Source: Octopus vulgaris (lineage: Eukaryota). From it: a stretch of 64,000 nucleotides of DNA. The notes beneath the pieces were generated by a model. The model saw nothing but the letters and a program-made list of their open reading frames with translations, had not been told where the DNA came from and did no database searches. The stretch lies in NCBI GenBank assembly GCA_951406725.2, contig OX597819.1, forward strand, positions 73,098,001-73,162,000, read 5' to 3'. A program made the translations under genes and the position numbers. Each line of letters begins with the position of its first letter. Positions within the stretch are counted from its first letter, which is position 1. This document shows positions 1 to 12,744 of this stretch, piece by piece.

Positions 1-10
1 TTAAATTGCA

Positions 11-870
11 TATACAGGATGCGGTGAATGAATTGTCATCTAAATTATGCAAAATGAAAATAACACTGACATCTCATTTTAACAGATATATTTACCAAAA
101 CTACATAAAAATATCTTGAAATACAAAAGAGTAATTTTATTCAATAAAATCACCATTGGCTTCAACCACAGCCTCCAGACGTCTGCAGAATCTCCTGCAA
201 CTCTTCTGGATGGTCTCCTTGTTTAAGTTGGTGAATGCTGCCATAATCCTTGCCTTCGGTTCATCTGTGTTGTTACAAGGAGTTTTGTTGGTCTCTCACT
301 CAACAGCGCCCCATGCATAATAATCAAGGGGGTTGTAGTCAAGGCAGTTAGGTGTAATGTAGTCACAGAAATTGTCTGACAGCCATGACTGGGTTCGCCT
401 GCTTGTGTGGCATGGTGCAGAGTCCTGTTGCCAGACATAGGGTCTTCCAGTAGACATCCCCTTGACCCAGGGCAGCACTACCTCCTCCAGGCATTTAATG
501 TAGGCCTCTGTGTTGAATCTGAGGCCATGTGGGAAGATGAATGGAAGCATAACGTCACCATCACTAGTGATCACTCTAAATACCATGATGTTGACTGGAG
601 GTTTGATTTTTATTACTCTCAGTACGTGTTTTGGGGACACAGCAAGCCAATGGTTGTTCAGTATGTTCACCATCTGTTCATATTGGAGCTTCCAGCACAA
701 ATGCCAAGCAGCACAGCATGTTGTTTCCAAATTTCTGTCAGAGTGAATTGCATCATGGTGCCCAACTGCCCCGACTATACTGTGTAGTCAACAAAATCAA
801 AAACAAACAATGCACATGTGTGAAATTAAAAATATAAAATGGCAACAATTTGCCCATTGCACCCAGTATA
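11..870 (-). mobile_element. Internally deleted Tc1/mariner (maT/DD37D-like) DNA transposon
   Basis: Degenerate ~30-bp TIRs (tatacaggatgcggtgaatgaattgtc at 11; reverse complement at 841-870) with TA ends. ORF 296-730(-) has the catalytic region (..MVFRVITSDG..YIKCLEEVVLPW..YVWQQDSAPCHTS..NPLDYYAWG) but lacks the HTH. Confidence 0.85.
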
Positions 871-1014
871 TTAATACAGACATATAAGTAATCTATTGAT
901 TATTATCATATATGATCAAATAAATTATTTATACACCTTTATTATGCGACAAAACAATTTACCCAATGCTAAAATAAATTTCATCATAGTATATTTCTCT
1001 CTTTAATTATAATA

Positions 1015-1016
1015 TT

Positions 1017-1089
<73 letters not shown>

Positions 1090-1090
1090 T
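1015..1090. repeat. (GATA)n/(GA)n microsatellite
   Basis: Directly visible. Confidence 0.95.
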
Positions 1091-1094
1091 ATCA

Positions 1095-1213
1095 TTGTGG
1101 CACTTCATCGGTTATGATGACGAGGGTCCTAGCTGATATGATCAGTGGAACAGCTTGCTCATGAAATTAACATGCAAGTGGCTGAGCACTCCACAGACAC
1201 GTGTACCCTTAAC
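1095..1213 (-). mobile_element. SINE family B, 3' fragment
   Basis: Shares atgaaattaacatgcaagtggctgagcactccacagacac with copies at 2245, 4334, 15460 and 28030. Confidence 0.8.
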
Positions 1214-1415
1214 ATACACATGCACATAGCTACATACGTACATAAATGCATGTATACATACATACATATATACACCCATACATACAAACATACATAGATG
1301 CACACACATACATACAAGCATACATACATACACATACATACAACCACATATACATACATACACACATACATACATGCAATCACATACACATACATACATA
1401 CATACACATACATAT
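1214..1415. repeat. (CATA/CA)n compound microsatellite
   Basis: Directly visible; source of spurious His/Cys-rich ORFs. Confidence 0.9.
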
Positions 1416-1627
1416 TTGTAGAATCTCATGAAATTTCTAAAATGTCTGATATTGAATGAACTCTTACAAACTTTTCTCTACAGAATGACATTTTATTCTG
1501 CAGGCTTTCATGACATCCCCATGTCAATATTTTGAACCCCTCCTCTAAATTTGGAGCCTCTTATCTGAAGTAGAATCCCTTATCTAATGAATTATCAGAT
1601 GAATTCATTCTTTCTTTTTTTTTTCAT

Positions 1628-2025
1628 AGGCATAAGCGTGGCTGTGTGGTAAGAAACTTGCTTCCCAACCACGTGGTTCCAGGTTCAATCCCACTACCTT
1701 GCACATTGAGCAAGTGCCTTCCACTATAGCCTCAGGCTGCCCAAAGCCTTGTGAGTGAATTTAGTAGATGGAAAATGAAAGAAGCTCATCATCTATGTGT
1801 TTGAAAGTGTATGTCTGTGTGTGTGTGTGTCTGTGTGTGTCTGTGTGTGTGTATGTGTCTTTTTATCTGTTTTTGTCACCACCTCACCCCACTGCTCGAC
1901 AACCGGTGTTGGTGTGTTTATGTTCCTATAACTTAAAAGTTCAATAGAGTAAGTACCAGGCTTCATGTTTGACTAATCCCTTGAGGGTAACGGTCCCTTG
2001 CATGGCCCCAGTCAAGTAACAAGCA
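1628..2025 (+). mobile_element. SINE family A (tRNA head, CORE-like domain, internal TG/TA microsatellite; resembles octopus OR-type SINEs)
   Basis: A-box-like tggctgtgtgg, B-box-like ggttcaatcc, CORE-like ttgagcaagtg; many homologues in the window. Confidence 0.8.
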
Positions 2026-2244
2026 AAAACACAAAAAAAGTAAAACATTGGGAAGAAACAAACAAATTTATTTGCCAATCCAAAATAAATGGCCCTCTCA
2101 CATGATGAAGTATGGATTATCATTCAGCCTTTGTTGATTGGTTGTAGACTCTTGGAGAATCATGTGCGATATCCATTTGATTCCTTGTTGAATCATTGTA
2201 TCATTAGTCTTATGTCCTTTTAAACTGGCGCTTCATTGATTACA

Positions 2245-2510
2245 AAGATGGAGGTTCCAGTTGATCCAATGAACAGAACCACCCACTCATGAAATTAACA
2301 TACAAGTAGTTGAGTACTCTATGGACAGACGTGCCCTTAACATAGTTCCCAAGAAGATTTAGGCATAGGTACAATTCATTTTTACCAGCTGAGTGGACTG
2401 GAGTAATGTGAAATAAAGTGTTTTGCTCAAGGACACAATGTGTGCCACTGGGAATTGAACTGAAGACCTTATGACTGTGAGCCAAAACTCTTAACTGCTA
2501 AGCCACACAC
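2245..2510 (-). mobile_element. SINE family B (tRNA head + CORE-like)
   Basis: Minus strand reads tggcttagcagtt..cagttcaattccc..ttgtgtccttgagcaaaacacttta. Confidence 0.8.
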
Positions 2511-2629
2511 TATTAATATCTGACCTTTAATATCCAACCACAATCAATAATCTAGGGAGATTCTGCCAGTTTGTCTTACTCCCCAACACATTGAAATACT
2601 ACTGACATTTGACATATATATGGTAGTAC

Positions 2630-2785
2630 AACTCACGCACACACACATGAACATACAGGCACGTGCATACACACACACACATGCTTGCATACACATGCAC
2701 GCACACATACACATGCACGCACACATACACCTGCACATGCACACATACACATGCACATGCACACATACACACACACGAACAAACA
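2630..2785. repeat. (CA/CATG)n microsatellite
   Basis: Directly visible. Confidence 0.9.
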
Positions 2786-3351
2786 CTATGGACCTCATTC
2801 ATCATTCTCTGAACAACGAACTTCATCCACAGATCTCCACCCACCCACCTCTTTACTGCTTCTATTGTTATCACAACAGCTTCTACTCTTCTGAAATAGT
2901 TAGCCACATACTCTCTACACTCGATTATAAGCATTTTTGCCAGAGCAAAATTTGTCATGAAAGAAATAAATTGCAAAAAAAAAAAATAGATTAACTGTTT
3001 CCTTAAAATGGCAACTTCCTCAATTCACCTACCAATTAGCAAAAGGTAATTTCTTTAAGATGAGTTACCTAGTTTACTGTTTGCTCATGTGCTTCCTTTT
3101 GGGTGAAATTTCCTACGGCAAGTTTTCCCAAAAATGTTTATGGTGAATTTTCCAGACATGCTCCCCTCGGGCTCCATTTGTCTCTCCACCTTCTATATTC
3201 AACACAAAATGTTTCCTTCCAATCCTTCCTCCACATGATTGCAACCCTCTGGAGGTCTATTTCAACCCATCTATTTCTTATAGGAATTGACCAAGATATA
3301 TTGAAGGAACTCATCAGAGTGGGACTTAGAGCTGTCATGAGTCTCAGATAT

Positions 3352-3550
3352 CATAACACCAGAGCTTGACCCAGTTTCCAGAACTCATTACACCAGAGCT
3401 TGACCCAGTTTCCAGACCTCATAACACCAGGGCTTGACCCAGTTTCCAGACCTCATGACACCAGAGTTTGACCCAGTTTCCAGACCTTATAACACCAGAG
3501 CTTGACCCAGTTTCCAGAACTCATAACACCAGAGCTTGACCCAGTTTCCA
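3352..3550. repeat. 34-bp minisatellite, ~5.9 copies
   Basis: Unit cataacaccagagcttgacccagtttccagaact starts at 3352, 3386, 3420, 3454, 3488 and 3522; no spacers. Confidence 0.95.
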
Positions 3551-3640
3551 AGGTGTATATGTGACTGAGGTTACAACACTCCCCCGGAACAGGATGCCAG
3601 TCCGTCACAGGGCTAACTTCCCCAGCTACTGCAGAAACTC

Positions 3641-4034
3641 ATTTTACTCTTTTACTTGTTTCAGCCATTTGACTGTGGCCATGCTGGAGCACCGCCTTTT
3701 AGTTGAGCAAATCGACCTCAGGATTTATTCTTTGTAAGCCTAGTATTTATTCTATCGGTATCTTTTGCTGAACCGCTAAGTTACAGGGACGTAAACACAC
3801 CAGCATCGGTTGACAAACACAGACACACAAACATATACACTCACACATACATATATATATATACATATATACAACGGCTTCTTTCAGTTTCCATCTACCA
3901 AATCCACTCACAAGGCTTTGGTTGGCCCAAGGCTATAGTAGAAGACACTTGCCCAAGGTGCCATGCAGTGGGACTGAACCCAGAACCATGTGGTTGGTAA
4001 GCAAGCTACTTACCACACAGCCACTCCTACGCCT
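3641..4034 (-). mobile_element. SINE family A, near full length
   Basis: Reverse-complement homologue of 1628-2025, with tail gaaacaagtaaaagagtaaa. Confidence 0.9.
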
Positions 4035-4333
4035 GGTCGTGAGTAATTTATAAAACAAAGAAATAGGAAGACAAGTTCTCTAATTTGTATCCAGTCACCC
4101 ACCAAGAGATAATGGAACATTTCTATTTTAAAATCTACCTTACTAAAAGTGCATTTATTCCTATGAAATGTTTTTATCAATAATTTTCACTAATTCTCTT
4201 CTTTATCTGTTTATGACTTGTCTTTCTGAAGTTAATAGTGTGGAGACAGACATGGGAGGTTGTCAAATGAACACCTTACCTGACTGTTATTATTCTTTTT
4301 ATTGCACTATTAAAAGAGAAACTAGCTTTCTGT

Positions 4334-4648
4334 TGGTTATGACGACAACAAGGGTTCTAATTGATCCAATCAACGGAATAGGCTGCTCATGAAATTAACA
4401 TGCAAGTGGCTGAGTAGCCCACAGACATGCGCACTCTTTACATAGTTCTCAGGGAGATCCAGTGTGACACAGAATGTGACAAGGCTGGCCCCTCTTGAAT
4501 TACAGTTACAGCTCATTTTTGTCAAGTAAGAGGACTGGAGCAACATGATATAAAGTATCTTGCTCAAGGGCCCAACACATCGCCTGGAATTGAACTCACG
4601 GCCTTATGACCACGAGTCGAACACCCTAACCACTAAGCCACATGCCTT
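4334..4648 (-). mobile_element. SINE family B, near full length
   Basis: tRNA-like head (tggcttagtggttagggtgttcgactcgtgg..gagttcaattcc) plus CORE-like domain and shared tail. Confidence 0.9.
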
Positions 4649-4679
4649 CACATTGCGTTATACATGTTATGCTTTAGAC

Positions 4680-4976
4680 CAGTGCTTCTCAAAGCGGTGG
4701 TCCATGGACCAGTACCAGTCGACAAGCCATCAGCTGCCAGTGCACAGCAAATTTCCAGAATAGAAAGAATCATTATAAAATGCTTATGTAATATTGTATT
4801 ATCTGTTTACAAAATAAATATAAGATAAAAAAAAAATTGTCAACTTTTATTATATTCATTATATATATATTGTTTCCAGTATAAATTAATATTACAAAGA
4901 AATATTACCGGACCCTGGCACATTGGAAAAAAAAAAAACTGCTGGTACACCACATCAGATAATTTGAGAAGCACTG
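4680..4976. mobile_element. hAT (Charlie-type) MITE
   Basis: TIRs cagtgcttctcaaa / tttgagaagcactg; perfect 8-bp TSD CTTTAGAC (4672-4679, 4977-4984). Confidence 0.92.
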
Positions 4977-5807
4977 CTTTAGACAACCATAATGAAATGA
5001 AATTCTATTGTTAAAGTTGTTTAAAATCATGGCCCTTCTCTTTAGTGTCAGAAAATATTTCAGCCCCAGCTGCAGCTGACACTTTACAAGGCTTGGGTAA
5101 GGCTTAAAATAGCATACTACTCCTATATATAGGACATAAGTACTGCTGCTATTGACACTGACATCCAGAAAAGGGCCACCCAGTTGATGAGCATTCCATC
5201 ACTTTCAGACACACTCCAGCCTCTGACTCACAAGAAAGTAATCTCCTCTTTATGTCTTTTCCATTGCTACTGTTGTAAGGTGTTGTTGTTTGTTGTGGTT
5301 GTTGTGACTGTTCTGGTTATTGTGGTAGCTGATGGTGAATGGAAATGTCTTTCTCAGGGTTCGTGTAGAAGTAATTAACAACACTCACAACCAATTAACA
5401 GAAGATTTTATTACTGTACACAGTGTTTTCTGTGTTGGTCCTTTAACGAAAACAAACTGCAACAATTTCACACCGGGAGAGTCATACTATGATAAAATAA
5501 GTACCAGTCATGCACTGATGTCAACAGAATTTATTTGTCCTCCCCTCCCCTGAGATTGGTGACCTTTGATTTGATTGTCTCATTCCTCCTCACTCTTATA
5601 CTGGGAGGTTGGCTGTTCAGAGCTTGTCATTATTATAGTATTGTGACACTCAACCCTCTGCATATTCAAAGCATTTTTATAAATTCGCCTTAAATGTCCA
5701 TGTTTTCAAACTTTTAGTTAGCCCTTGCTGCTTACATTCTGTGTAATATAAAAATTTATATCACAACTGACCCTGGTGATCAACAGAAATTGAGACTGTG
5801 TATCATA

Positions 5808-6030
5808 TAGGAGGGGGTACTGACAAGTTCCTGGCTTCAAGAGTATCGTGAAAGGCCTGATTGGAGGCCAACCTCCCAAATTCTTTTACAGGGCTTAGGA
5901 AAACTGAAGGACCACTGCAATAAGCATATGAATCCAAGAGGGGATTATGTTGAATAAAATCAGAATTGACTGATTCTCCTGTTTATTTTCTTTTACCCAA
6001 AGCCAGGAATTTTTTCAGTACCCCATTGTA
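5808..6030. mobile_element. mariner-type MITE
   Basis: TIRs taggagggggtactgacaagttcctggctt / aagccaggaattttttcagtaccccattgta with TA ends. Confidence 0.8.
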
Positions 6031-6119
6031 TATGATGCATGGATGCCAGGGAAATATCCTGTATATCATATATCAAATATCTTGTGTATCATATATCAAA
6101 TATCCTGTATATTATATAT

Positions 6120-6375
6120 TATGTGCCACCAGCACGTAAAAAGCACTATCCGAACGTGATTGATGCTAGGGCCACCTGACTGGCTCCCATGCTGGTGGCA
6201 TGTAAATAGCACCCACTATACTCTCTCGGAGTGGATGGCGTTAGGAAGGGCATCCAACTGTAGAAACCTTACCAGATCAGATTGGAGCTTGGTGCAGCCT
6301 CCTGGCTTCCCAGACCTCAGTCAAACCATCCAACCCATGCCAGCATGGAAAACGGACGTTAAACAATGATGATGA
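6120..6375 (+). mobile_element. Family C: RTE LINE 3'-UTR / RTE-tailed short copy
   Basis: ggcgttaggaagggcatcca motif and (ATG)n tail; same sequence as the 3' end of the RTE at 34935-36290. Confidence 0.8.
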
Positions 6376-6379
6376 AAAA

Positions 6380-7065
6380 CGGTATTTGGTTTAGTGGTTA
6401 GCATATTCAATTCCTAATTGTCAGATTATGTGTTCAATTCCCGGCGGTACCTTGTATCCTTGAGTAGAGCATTTTACTTCATGTTAAATAATAATAATAA
6501 TGAAATTGTTGTGTACAGTGCTCAGGTGCACGACAACTTATCAGAGGTGCATGTACTGTACATAGAATGATTTACAAAGGTCAGGAAAGTGAACAGTGTA
6601 TGAGTCATGATATACATATGTGCATGTGTATGGAGGGGGCTGGATATCAGGTGTAGGGTTAGTCTCAGCAACTAACAACTGATGCAGGTAGTTTGTTCCA
6701 TGCTTCAGCAACTCTGAATGTGAAAAAAATGTTTCTGAAAGTCATGGGAGTTGTGCTGTTTTCTGACTTTGTAGGCATGCCCACATGTGTTAGACACATG
6801 GAGCTTAAAATAGTGCTGAACGTGGATGTTGGCATGATGGTTAAAAATGTTTCTCCATTGCACTCAGCTGGCAAAAAGGAATTCTATCAGTATTTCAAAG
6901 GGCCAACCTTGTCACATTCTGTATCATGGTAAATCTCCCTGAGAAATACATTAAGGGTACACATGTCTGTGGAGTGCTCAGCCACTCAAACATTAATTTC
7001 ACCAGCAGACTGTTCCATCAATTGGGTCGACTGGAACACTCATCATGTTAACCAACAGACAGCCA
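6380..7065 (+). mobile_element. SINE family B copy split by a CR1 insertion
   Basis: Head plus CORE at 6380-6485; body resumes at ~6850 (ctccattgcactcagctggc). Confidence 0.75.
6487..6817 (-). mobile_element. 5'-truncated CR1-type LINE 3' end
   Basis: ORF 6665-6874 ends ..FFTFRVAEAWNKLPASVVSC; 3'-UTR and (ATT)n tail shared with the 8774-9556 copy. Confidence 0.85.
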
Positions 7066-7174
7066 GATTAAACGGCCCAGTCCACTTAGCCACAAACAGG
7101 TCCCTCAAGGTAGGGACAACTCATTGCAGTAAGAAATATAAAACTGTTTAGTATTTTGTTGTGCTAAGTTTAAT

Positions 7175-7890
7175 CATCATCATCATTATCATCGTTTAAC
7201 GTCTGTTTTCCATGCTGGCATGGGTTGGACGGTTCGACTGGGGTCTGGCAAGCCAGAAGGCTGCACCAGGTTCCAATCAAATGATTTTGGTAAATATATC
7301 TTTTAGAATGAGATATCAGTGTTATTTTCATTTTTGTGTAATTTAGACGGCAATTTATTCACTGCACTCTGTATGTATATATATCATCATCATCGTTAAA
7401 TGTCTATTTTCCATGCTGGCATGGGTTGGACAGTTCAACTGTGGTCTGGGAAGCCAAGAGGCTGCACCAGGCTCCAGTCTGATCGGGCAGTGTTTCTACA
7501 GCTGTATGCCCTTCCTAACGCCAACCACTCCGAGAGTGTAGTGGGTGTTTTTTACGTTCCACCAGCACAGGAGCCAAGTGGGGCTGGTATCAACCACATT
7601 TGGATGGTGCTTTTTATGTGCCACTGGCACAGGGAGCCAGTTGGGGCAAGGGAGCTAGCCTCAACCACATTTGGATGCTTTTTACATGCCACCGGCACAG
7701 GGAGCCAGACAGGTGGTGCTGGCATCAGCCATGTTCGGATGGTGCTTTTTACATGCAACTGTCACAGGAGCCAGTCAGGGTGAGGAAGCTGGCATCAACC
7801 ACATTTGGATGGTGCTTTTTACATGCCACCAGCACAGGGAGCTAGACAGGTGGTGCTGGCATAGGCCATAACTATAATTTCTATTTGATT
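7175..7890 (-). mobile_element. Two family C (RTE 3'-UTR) copies; the second has an internal ~65-70-bp tandem array
   Basis: (CAT)n tails at 7175 and 7384; repeated ggatggtgctttttacatgccac units at 7540-7870. Confidence 0.8.
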
Positions 7891-8689
7891 GTGGTTTGAT
7901 GACATGAGAATAATTCACTAAATAATAGGTTGCCATCTTTAGTTCTTCAGTTTATGCTATGGAAACTCTCAAACAGCTTGGTATACTTGGCTGTAGATAG
8001 GCACCAGAGGCTAGGAACAACTTGCTCTGTAAAAATTGATAATTAATTTGTTGGCATTAAATGCCAGGTTCAATTCCAAACATGAGAAACAACCCATCTG
8101 AGAAGATTTCACTATCAGTTAATGACATTTCAAGCAGAGATAAACAAAGATATTGTGAACTGTCTGGAGGAAGGGGGGTGCAGACAGCAAATTGTAATTG
8201 AATGGATGAGAGGTGGTGGTGACGGTAGTAGTAGTGATGATGAAGTGGTGGTGGTAGTGGTGGTAGCAGTGGCAGCAGTAGTGGAGGTGACAATGATAGC
8301 AGTGGGGAAGGCAGTGGTAACGGCGGTGGGGGGGGGGGGTTCTTCCTTGCTGTGGTAGCTGTTGTGGTAATGGGAGATTATTTCTACATGTAAGCCTGAT
8401 AGCAAAGCAGGTGCTATCATATTTGATGTAGCAAGTCCAGAAAATATTTAAAATAAAAATAAATGAAAACACTAAAATCTATTGTTTAATCAATTATGAT
8501 AAATTATTCATTTTGTGCATTAGAAAGCAGGGGAGACAACCTTGAAAATTTAATTAATTAAATATGGAAAAGTATTGATGAGTCAGTTTGATCTTCAACG
8601 GTATGGTAGATGAGGTCTACTAAAACTGAAGCAGGTCCAAGCTGTCCCCATACTGCTCTCTGCAGCATCTTTTCAATTATTTTCTTTGC

Positions 8690-9990
8690 CCACTATTCCT
8701 GGAAGGGTCACTGGGGTAGAATCCTCAGGCTCCCTCCTTCATAGGGTCCTTTCAGAAGCAACCCTCATTACACAGACTGGCAACTGAAACTGGCTGTGGA
8801 CAAGTGTACCACCATGCATTTTGGGAGAAAAAACCCTGCGTTCACATACTCCCTCCACAACACTGATATCAAGAAATCCTCTTGCGAGCGTGACCTAGGC
8901 ATCACTGTCAGCAGTGATTTGCGTTGGTCAAAGCATATCTCTAAGATTGTCAGGAAGGCCGAGGGTGTCTTGGCATCACTCAGCAGGTCTTTTGTTAGCC
9001 GCTCTCCAGCCATCTATTTAAAACTGTATACAGCTATGGTACGACCACACTTGGAATTCGCATCATCAGTTTGGAACCCCTATCTTGCACAGAACATTGA
9101 CCTCCTGGAATCTGTCCAGAGACGTGCAACCAAACGCATACCCTCCATCAGACACCTACCATATTCTGAGCGCCTTGTTTCCCTGGGCATGGATTCACTG
9201 AAGCTCCGGCGTTTGGCGACGGACTTGGTAAACACCCACAAAGTTATCAACCACCTCACCAACAACAACACTGAACACCTTTTTGATCTCCATGTGTCTA
9301 ACACACGTGGACATGCCTACAAAGTCAGAAAACAATACAGCTCCCATGACTTTCGGAAACATTTTTTCACGCTCAGAGTTGCTGAAGCATGGAATAAACT
9401 GCCTGCGTCAGTTGTTGACTGCCATGACACTGCATCTTTTAAGGCCCTCATGCTTTCCGAAATCCGCCGAAACTACACCTGATTATATATACACTTTAGA
9501 TGAGTTGTAGTGCACCTGAGCACTGTACACAATTATTATTATTATTATTATTATTATACACTTTCTTGCCGGAGTCCCAAGCATGACCAACTAAAACTAT
9601 GGATAGTGTCCAACCATTTCATCCTTGATCCACCCCTAGCTTTTCTGCCAGATGACTCAGCTTGAAGAATCCATCTTGTGGTTCTTTCCTGAGACATTCT
9701 AATCACATGAACTGTAGTACTGGTACTGTGATCCCTCAATGCAGAGAAGTAGTGGCTTAGCCTGGAACTCTGCTAGGCACACCCTGTCGAGTAACAATAC
9801 TCCAGATATCCTTTGGGGGAACCCCACTTTGGCCACTTGTATTTGTAATCATATTTCTTTGGTAATGACCCAACATTCTTGACCATAAGTGAGAATAGAC
9901 ACAAAAGCCTAATTAAAGATAGCAAGTTTGGTTTTTTTCACCAACCTCTCCTCTTCTGAGGATCAAATGCTGAATCTAACACATTGTCGA
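8690..9990 (-). pseudogene. Decayed RTE-type LINE C-terminus interrupted by CR1
   Basis: ORF 9554-9739(-) GRKARGGSRMKWLDTI is an RTE C-terminal motif; the reading continues left of the CR1 insertion (RVASERTL). Confidence 0.6.
8774..9556 (+). mobile_element. 5'-truncated CR1-clade LINE with uninterrupted RT C-terminal ORF (8796-9482, 228 aa)
   Basis: KCTTMHFGRKN..ERDLGI..LYTAMVRPHLEFASSVWNP..LESVQRRATK..TRGH..FFTLRVAEAWNKLP; (ATT)n tail. Confidence 0.92.
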
Positions 9991-10429
9991 GCCAACATCT
10001 GCAATTCTAGCATTCAATTCCCTATGGCATTCCTTATTTAATTAAAAATTTGGGGCGTTCTACTCTGCCTTTTCTTTATCATTCTTTATCAGATTTTATT
10101 AATTTAAATTAACTGTGTAATTTATATAATTGCATAATTTAGATTAATTATGCAATTTAGGTAATTATGTAAGCAAACTATAGCTGTGTGAGTAAAAATT
10201 TTGTTTCAGGACTTTGTAGTAAGGGGTTTAGTCCTAATATCTGGGCTCAGTTGGATGGCATGCTCTTCTATAGATGTGAAGCTGTGAGTTTACTAATAAC
10301 AAGTGAGTAAAATTGATAGATGGAAAGTGGAAGAAGATAGATAGATAGATAGATGCATGCATGCATACATACATTGAAATGATTGGCTGAAAATCGAGGA
10401 TTCATCCAGTCAGGCTGATTGCCTGGATC

Positions 10430-12040
10430 AGCCTGACTATCCCTCTCCATCCCTCCTGATCTTCCAATAGTGTTTTTAGGTCTTCAACTTGGCATCCAAC
10501 ATCTACAAGCTGTTGTATATACATCCTCTATGGTCTTCCAGCTGCTGTGGTACCATGATTTGGTGTCCACAGCAACACGTTACTCACAAGTTATTTACTT
10601 CTCTAGCAATGGCCAGTAAACTTCAATCTCCGCTCTTGGATGGTTGATGAGAAAGTTGGTACATTCCCATATAACTGTTGTTTTGTTGGGTGCTCCCTCC
10701 AAGAGATGTTGAGCTCTGCACGTAATATTCTGGTGTAGGCACTGTCTTGCATGCACCTGAGTCTCTAGGTGAGAGTCCAAGTTGGAGATCCATATACAAG
10801 CATAAATTCAAAAACTGGTCTGAAGAACTGTCCTTCAATTTATCTGGTAGAGTTGACTTCCATATTGTTCTAAGACCGTCTATAGCTGCCCAACCCTTAG
10901 CAACGAAAGATTTAATATCTTTTTTAGTGGACATGATGTTGCTGCCTCGGTAAGTAAACTCCTTGACATTTTTCAAGGGTTTCTGTTCGATGGTCCCTGT
11001 TGTATTCAGGGTGGCAAACTTTGTCTTCTTTTCATTCACATATAGTCCTATGTTTGCAGCAGCATTTTCCAGGAGATGGAGTAAAATTTCAGCATTTTTT
11101 ATGTTGTCTGTGAAAAGTGCTATTTCATCAACATAATCTGCGTCAGTCAAGTAGGTGGCCAGATATTTTCTGCTTCTAGACTTCTGTAAAGTAAAACCGA
11201 GATTATTGTGTTGATCAATTAGGTACGCAATACATAATTGAGACACAGGATGAACAAGTAAGGAGCTAGTGTGTCACCCTGCAGTACTCCTACACAAACA
11301 TCGAAGTCAGTATCTCCATCTGGTGACTGCACATTTGCTTGGATGTTTTTATACAGCATCATTACAGCCTTTATTGTTTCATCAGGGATTCCATATGCCC
11401 TAGAAATTTCTGCCATCTTATCTCTGTGTACAGAGTCAAAGGCTTTGGAGAAATCAACAAATAGCAGAACTGCAGTAAGGTCTTTGGCTTGTACTCCTTC
11501 CAACATCCTCCTAACAGTGAGAATTTGACCAAATGTAGAGCAGCTCTTCCTAAATCCATTTTGAATTTTTCTAAGAACTCTTTCAATTTAAGGTTGGATT
11601 CACTTGAGTAGCAATGCATTGTAAATCTGCAATTGGTGTTAATGTAATTCTTCTGTAGTTTATTGCAAGGCCCAGATCCCCTTTTTGGGGGAAAGGAAGA
11701 ATACATCCTTTGGTCCAGACTTTTATCTCACTTTGATGATATTCTGAGTTGCACGATTTGAGAAGAATGTCATTGAAATTTCCGGTTTTCCAGGTGTCAG
11801 GAGGGACGTCATCCAGTCCTGCAGCCTTTCAGTTTTTGGTCTTCCTCAGTATGACTTCAATCTCTTCTATCCAGGACCTCCTCAAAATTACAATGGATCT
11901 GCTGGTTTGATACATTTGGTGATTTCCCAAGGTTTTAAAAATGGTCTTTCCACTTACTTAGTCTCTCCTGTAGGCTAGGGGGCCTTCAACTTTGCTTTGG
12001 AGGATTTCTTCTAACCACTCACTTCATTTACTGTCTGCCA
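10430..12040 (-). pseudogene. Frameshifted RTE/RTEX-like LINE reverse transcriptase
   Basis: ORF 11219-11506 (FVDFSKAFDSVHR..GVLQGDTLAPYLF) and ORF 10623-11246 (DADYVDEIAL, a degenerate YADD). Confidence 0.88.
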
Positions 12041-12368
12041 CACACATACACACACACTGATGGATGGATAGCAGTCATAATCTAATTGTACATTCAAGAA
12101 AGACTATGCATGTGTGCATGTGTGTATGTGTTCATGACTGAGTATGTGTCCCACCTCACTGATTCTAAGCAAAAGCTTCACCTATCACACAAATGATGAC
12201 ATTTATTTACAGTCCATAATGCAGACATACCACAGGTTATATATATTATATATATATAATGCAGACATACCAGGTTGAGTCAAATAGTTTTTCTGATTTT
12301 CACTGATGATTTTGGCAACATGCATCTCAACGTTACAACATTAATTTCATACAACTAGTTGCCCAATT

Positions 12369-12744
12369 CAGTTCTATATTTAAGAGATGAGGAATTATGT
12401 ACATTATTTACATTTGACAGATATTTGTCCTCATCTTGTTTGTTGTTAACACGTTTCAGCTAATATACCATCCAGCCTTCATCAGGTGCCTTGGGGCATG
12501 TGGCGTAAGGGTTAAGAGCAGGGCTATTAACCTCAAGATTCTGAGTTCAATTCCAGGCAGTGACCTGAATAATAATAATAATAATTACAACAACAACAAC
12601 ATCAAAAAATACCTTAGGAATGAGAACCCAGGTTCGAAATTTCCCCAAGACACCTGATGAAGGCTGGAGGGGATATCAGCCGAAACATTGTGTTAACAAC
12701 AAACAAGATGAGGACAAATATCTGTCAAATGTAAATAATGTAAA
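12369..12744 (+). mobile_element. tRNA-headed, hammerhead-bearing short retroposon with inverted 5' duplication
   Basis: 13-bp TSD TAGTTGYCCAATT (12356-12368, 12745-12757); inverted arms ~12397-12496 and ~12643-12744; tRNA-Asn-like head ~12495-12568; internal (AAT)n. Confidence 0.85.
12649..12694 (+). ncRNA. Minimal type-I hammerhead ribozyme motif
   Basis: Stem I GACAC/GUGUU; CUGAUGA 12654-12660; stem II GGCUG/CAGCC; GAAAC 12682-12686; AUU triplet (probably GUU before CpG decay, since the inverted copy at 12448-12490 keeps GAAACG). Confidence 0.7.

Noticed and set aside
1142-2994. His-rich and Cys/Val-rich ORFs (also 23966-24341, 47447-47926, 62781-63147)
   Set aside because: Translations of (CA)n, (TA)n and trinucleotide repeats.
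3138-3338. Trp-rich 66-aa minus-strand ORF
   Set aside because: Possibly an L1/Tx1 remnant, but no diagnostic motif or splice support; left uncalled.
3352-3550. 34-bp repeats of CRISPR-like length
   Set aside because: Units are contiguous with no unique spacers, there are no cas genes, and the context is eukaryotic.
12495-12568. tRNA gene
   Set aside because: A/B boxes are present but there is no acceptor-stem pairing; it is a SINE head. The same applies to the heads of families A, B and D.
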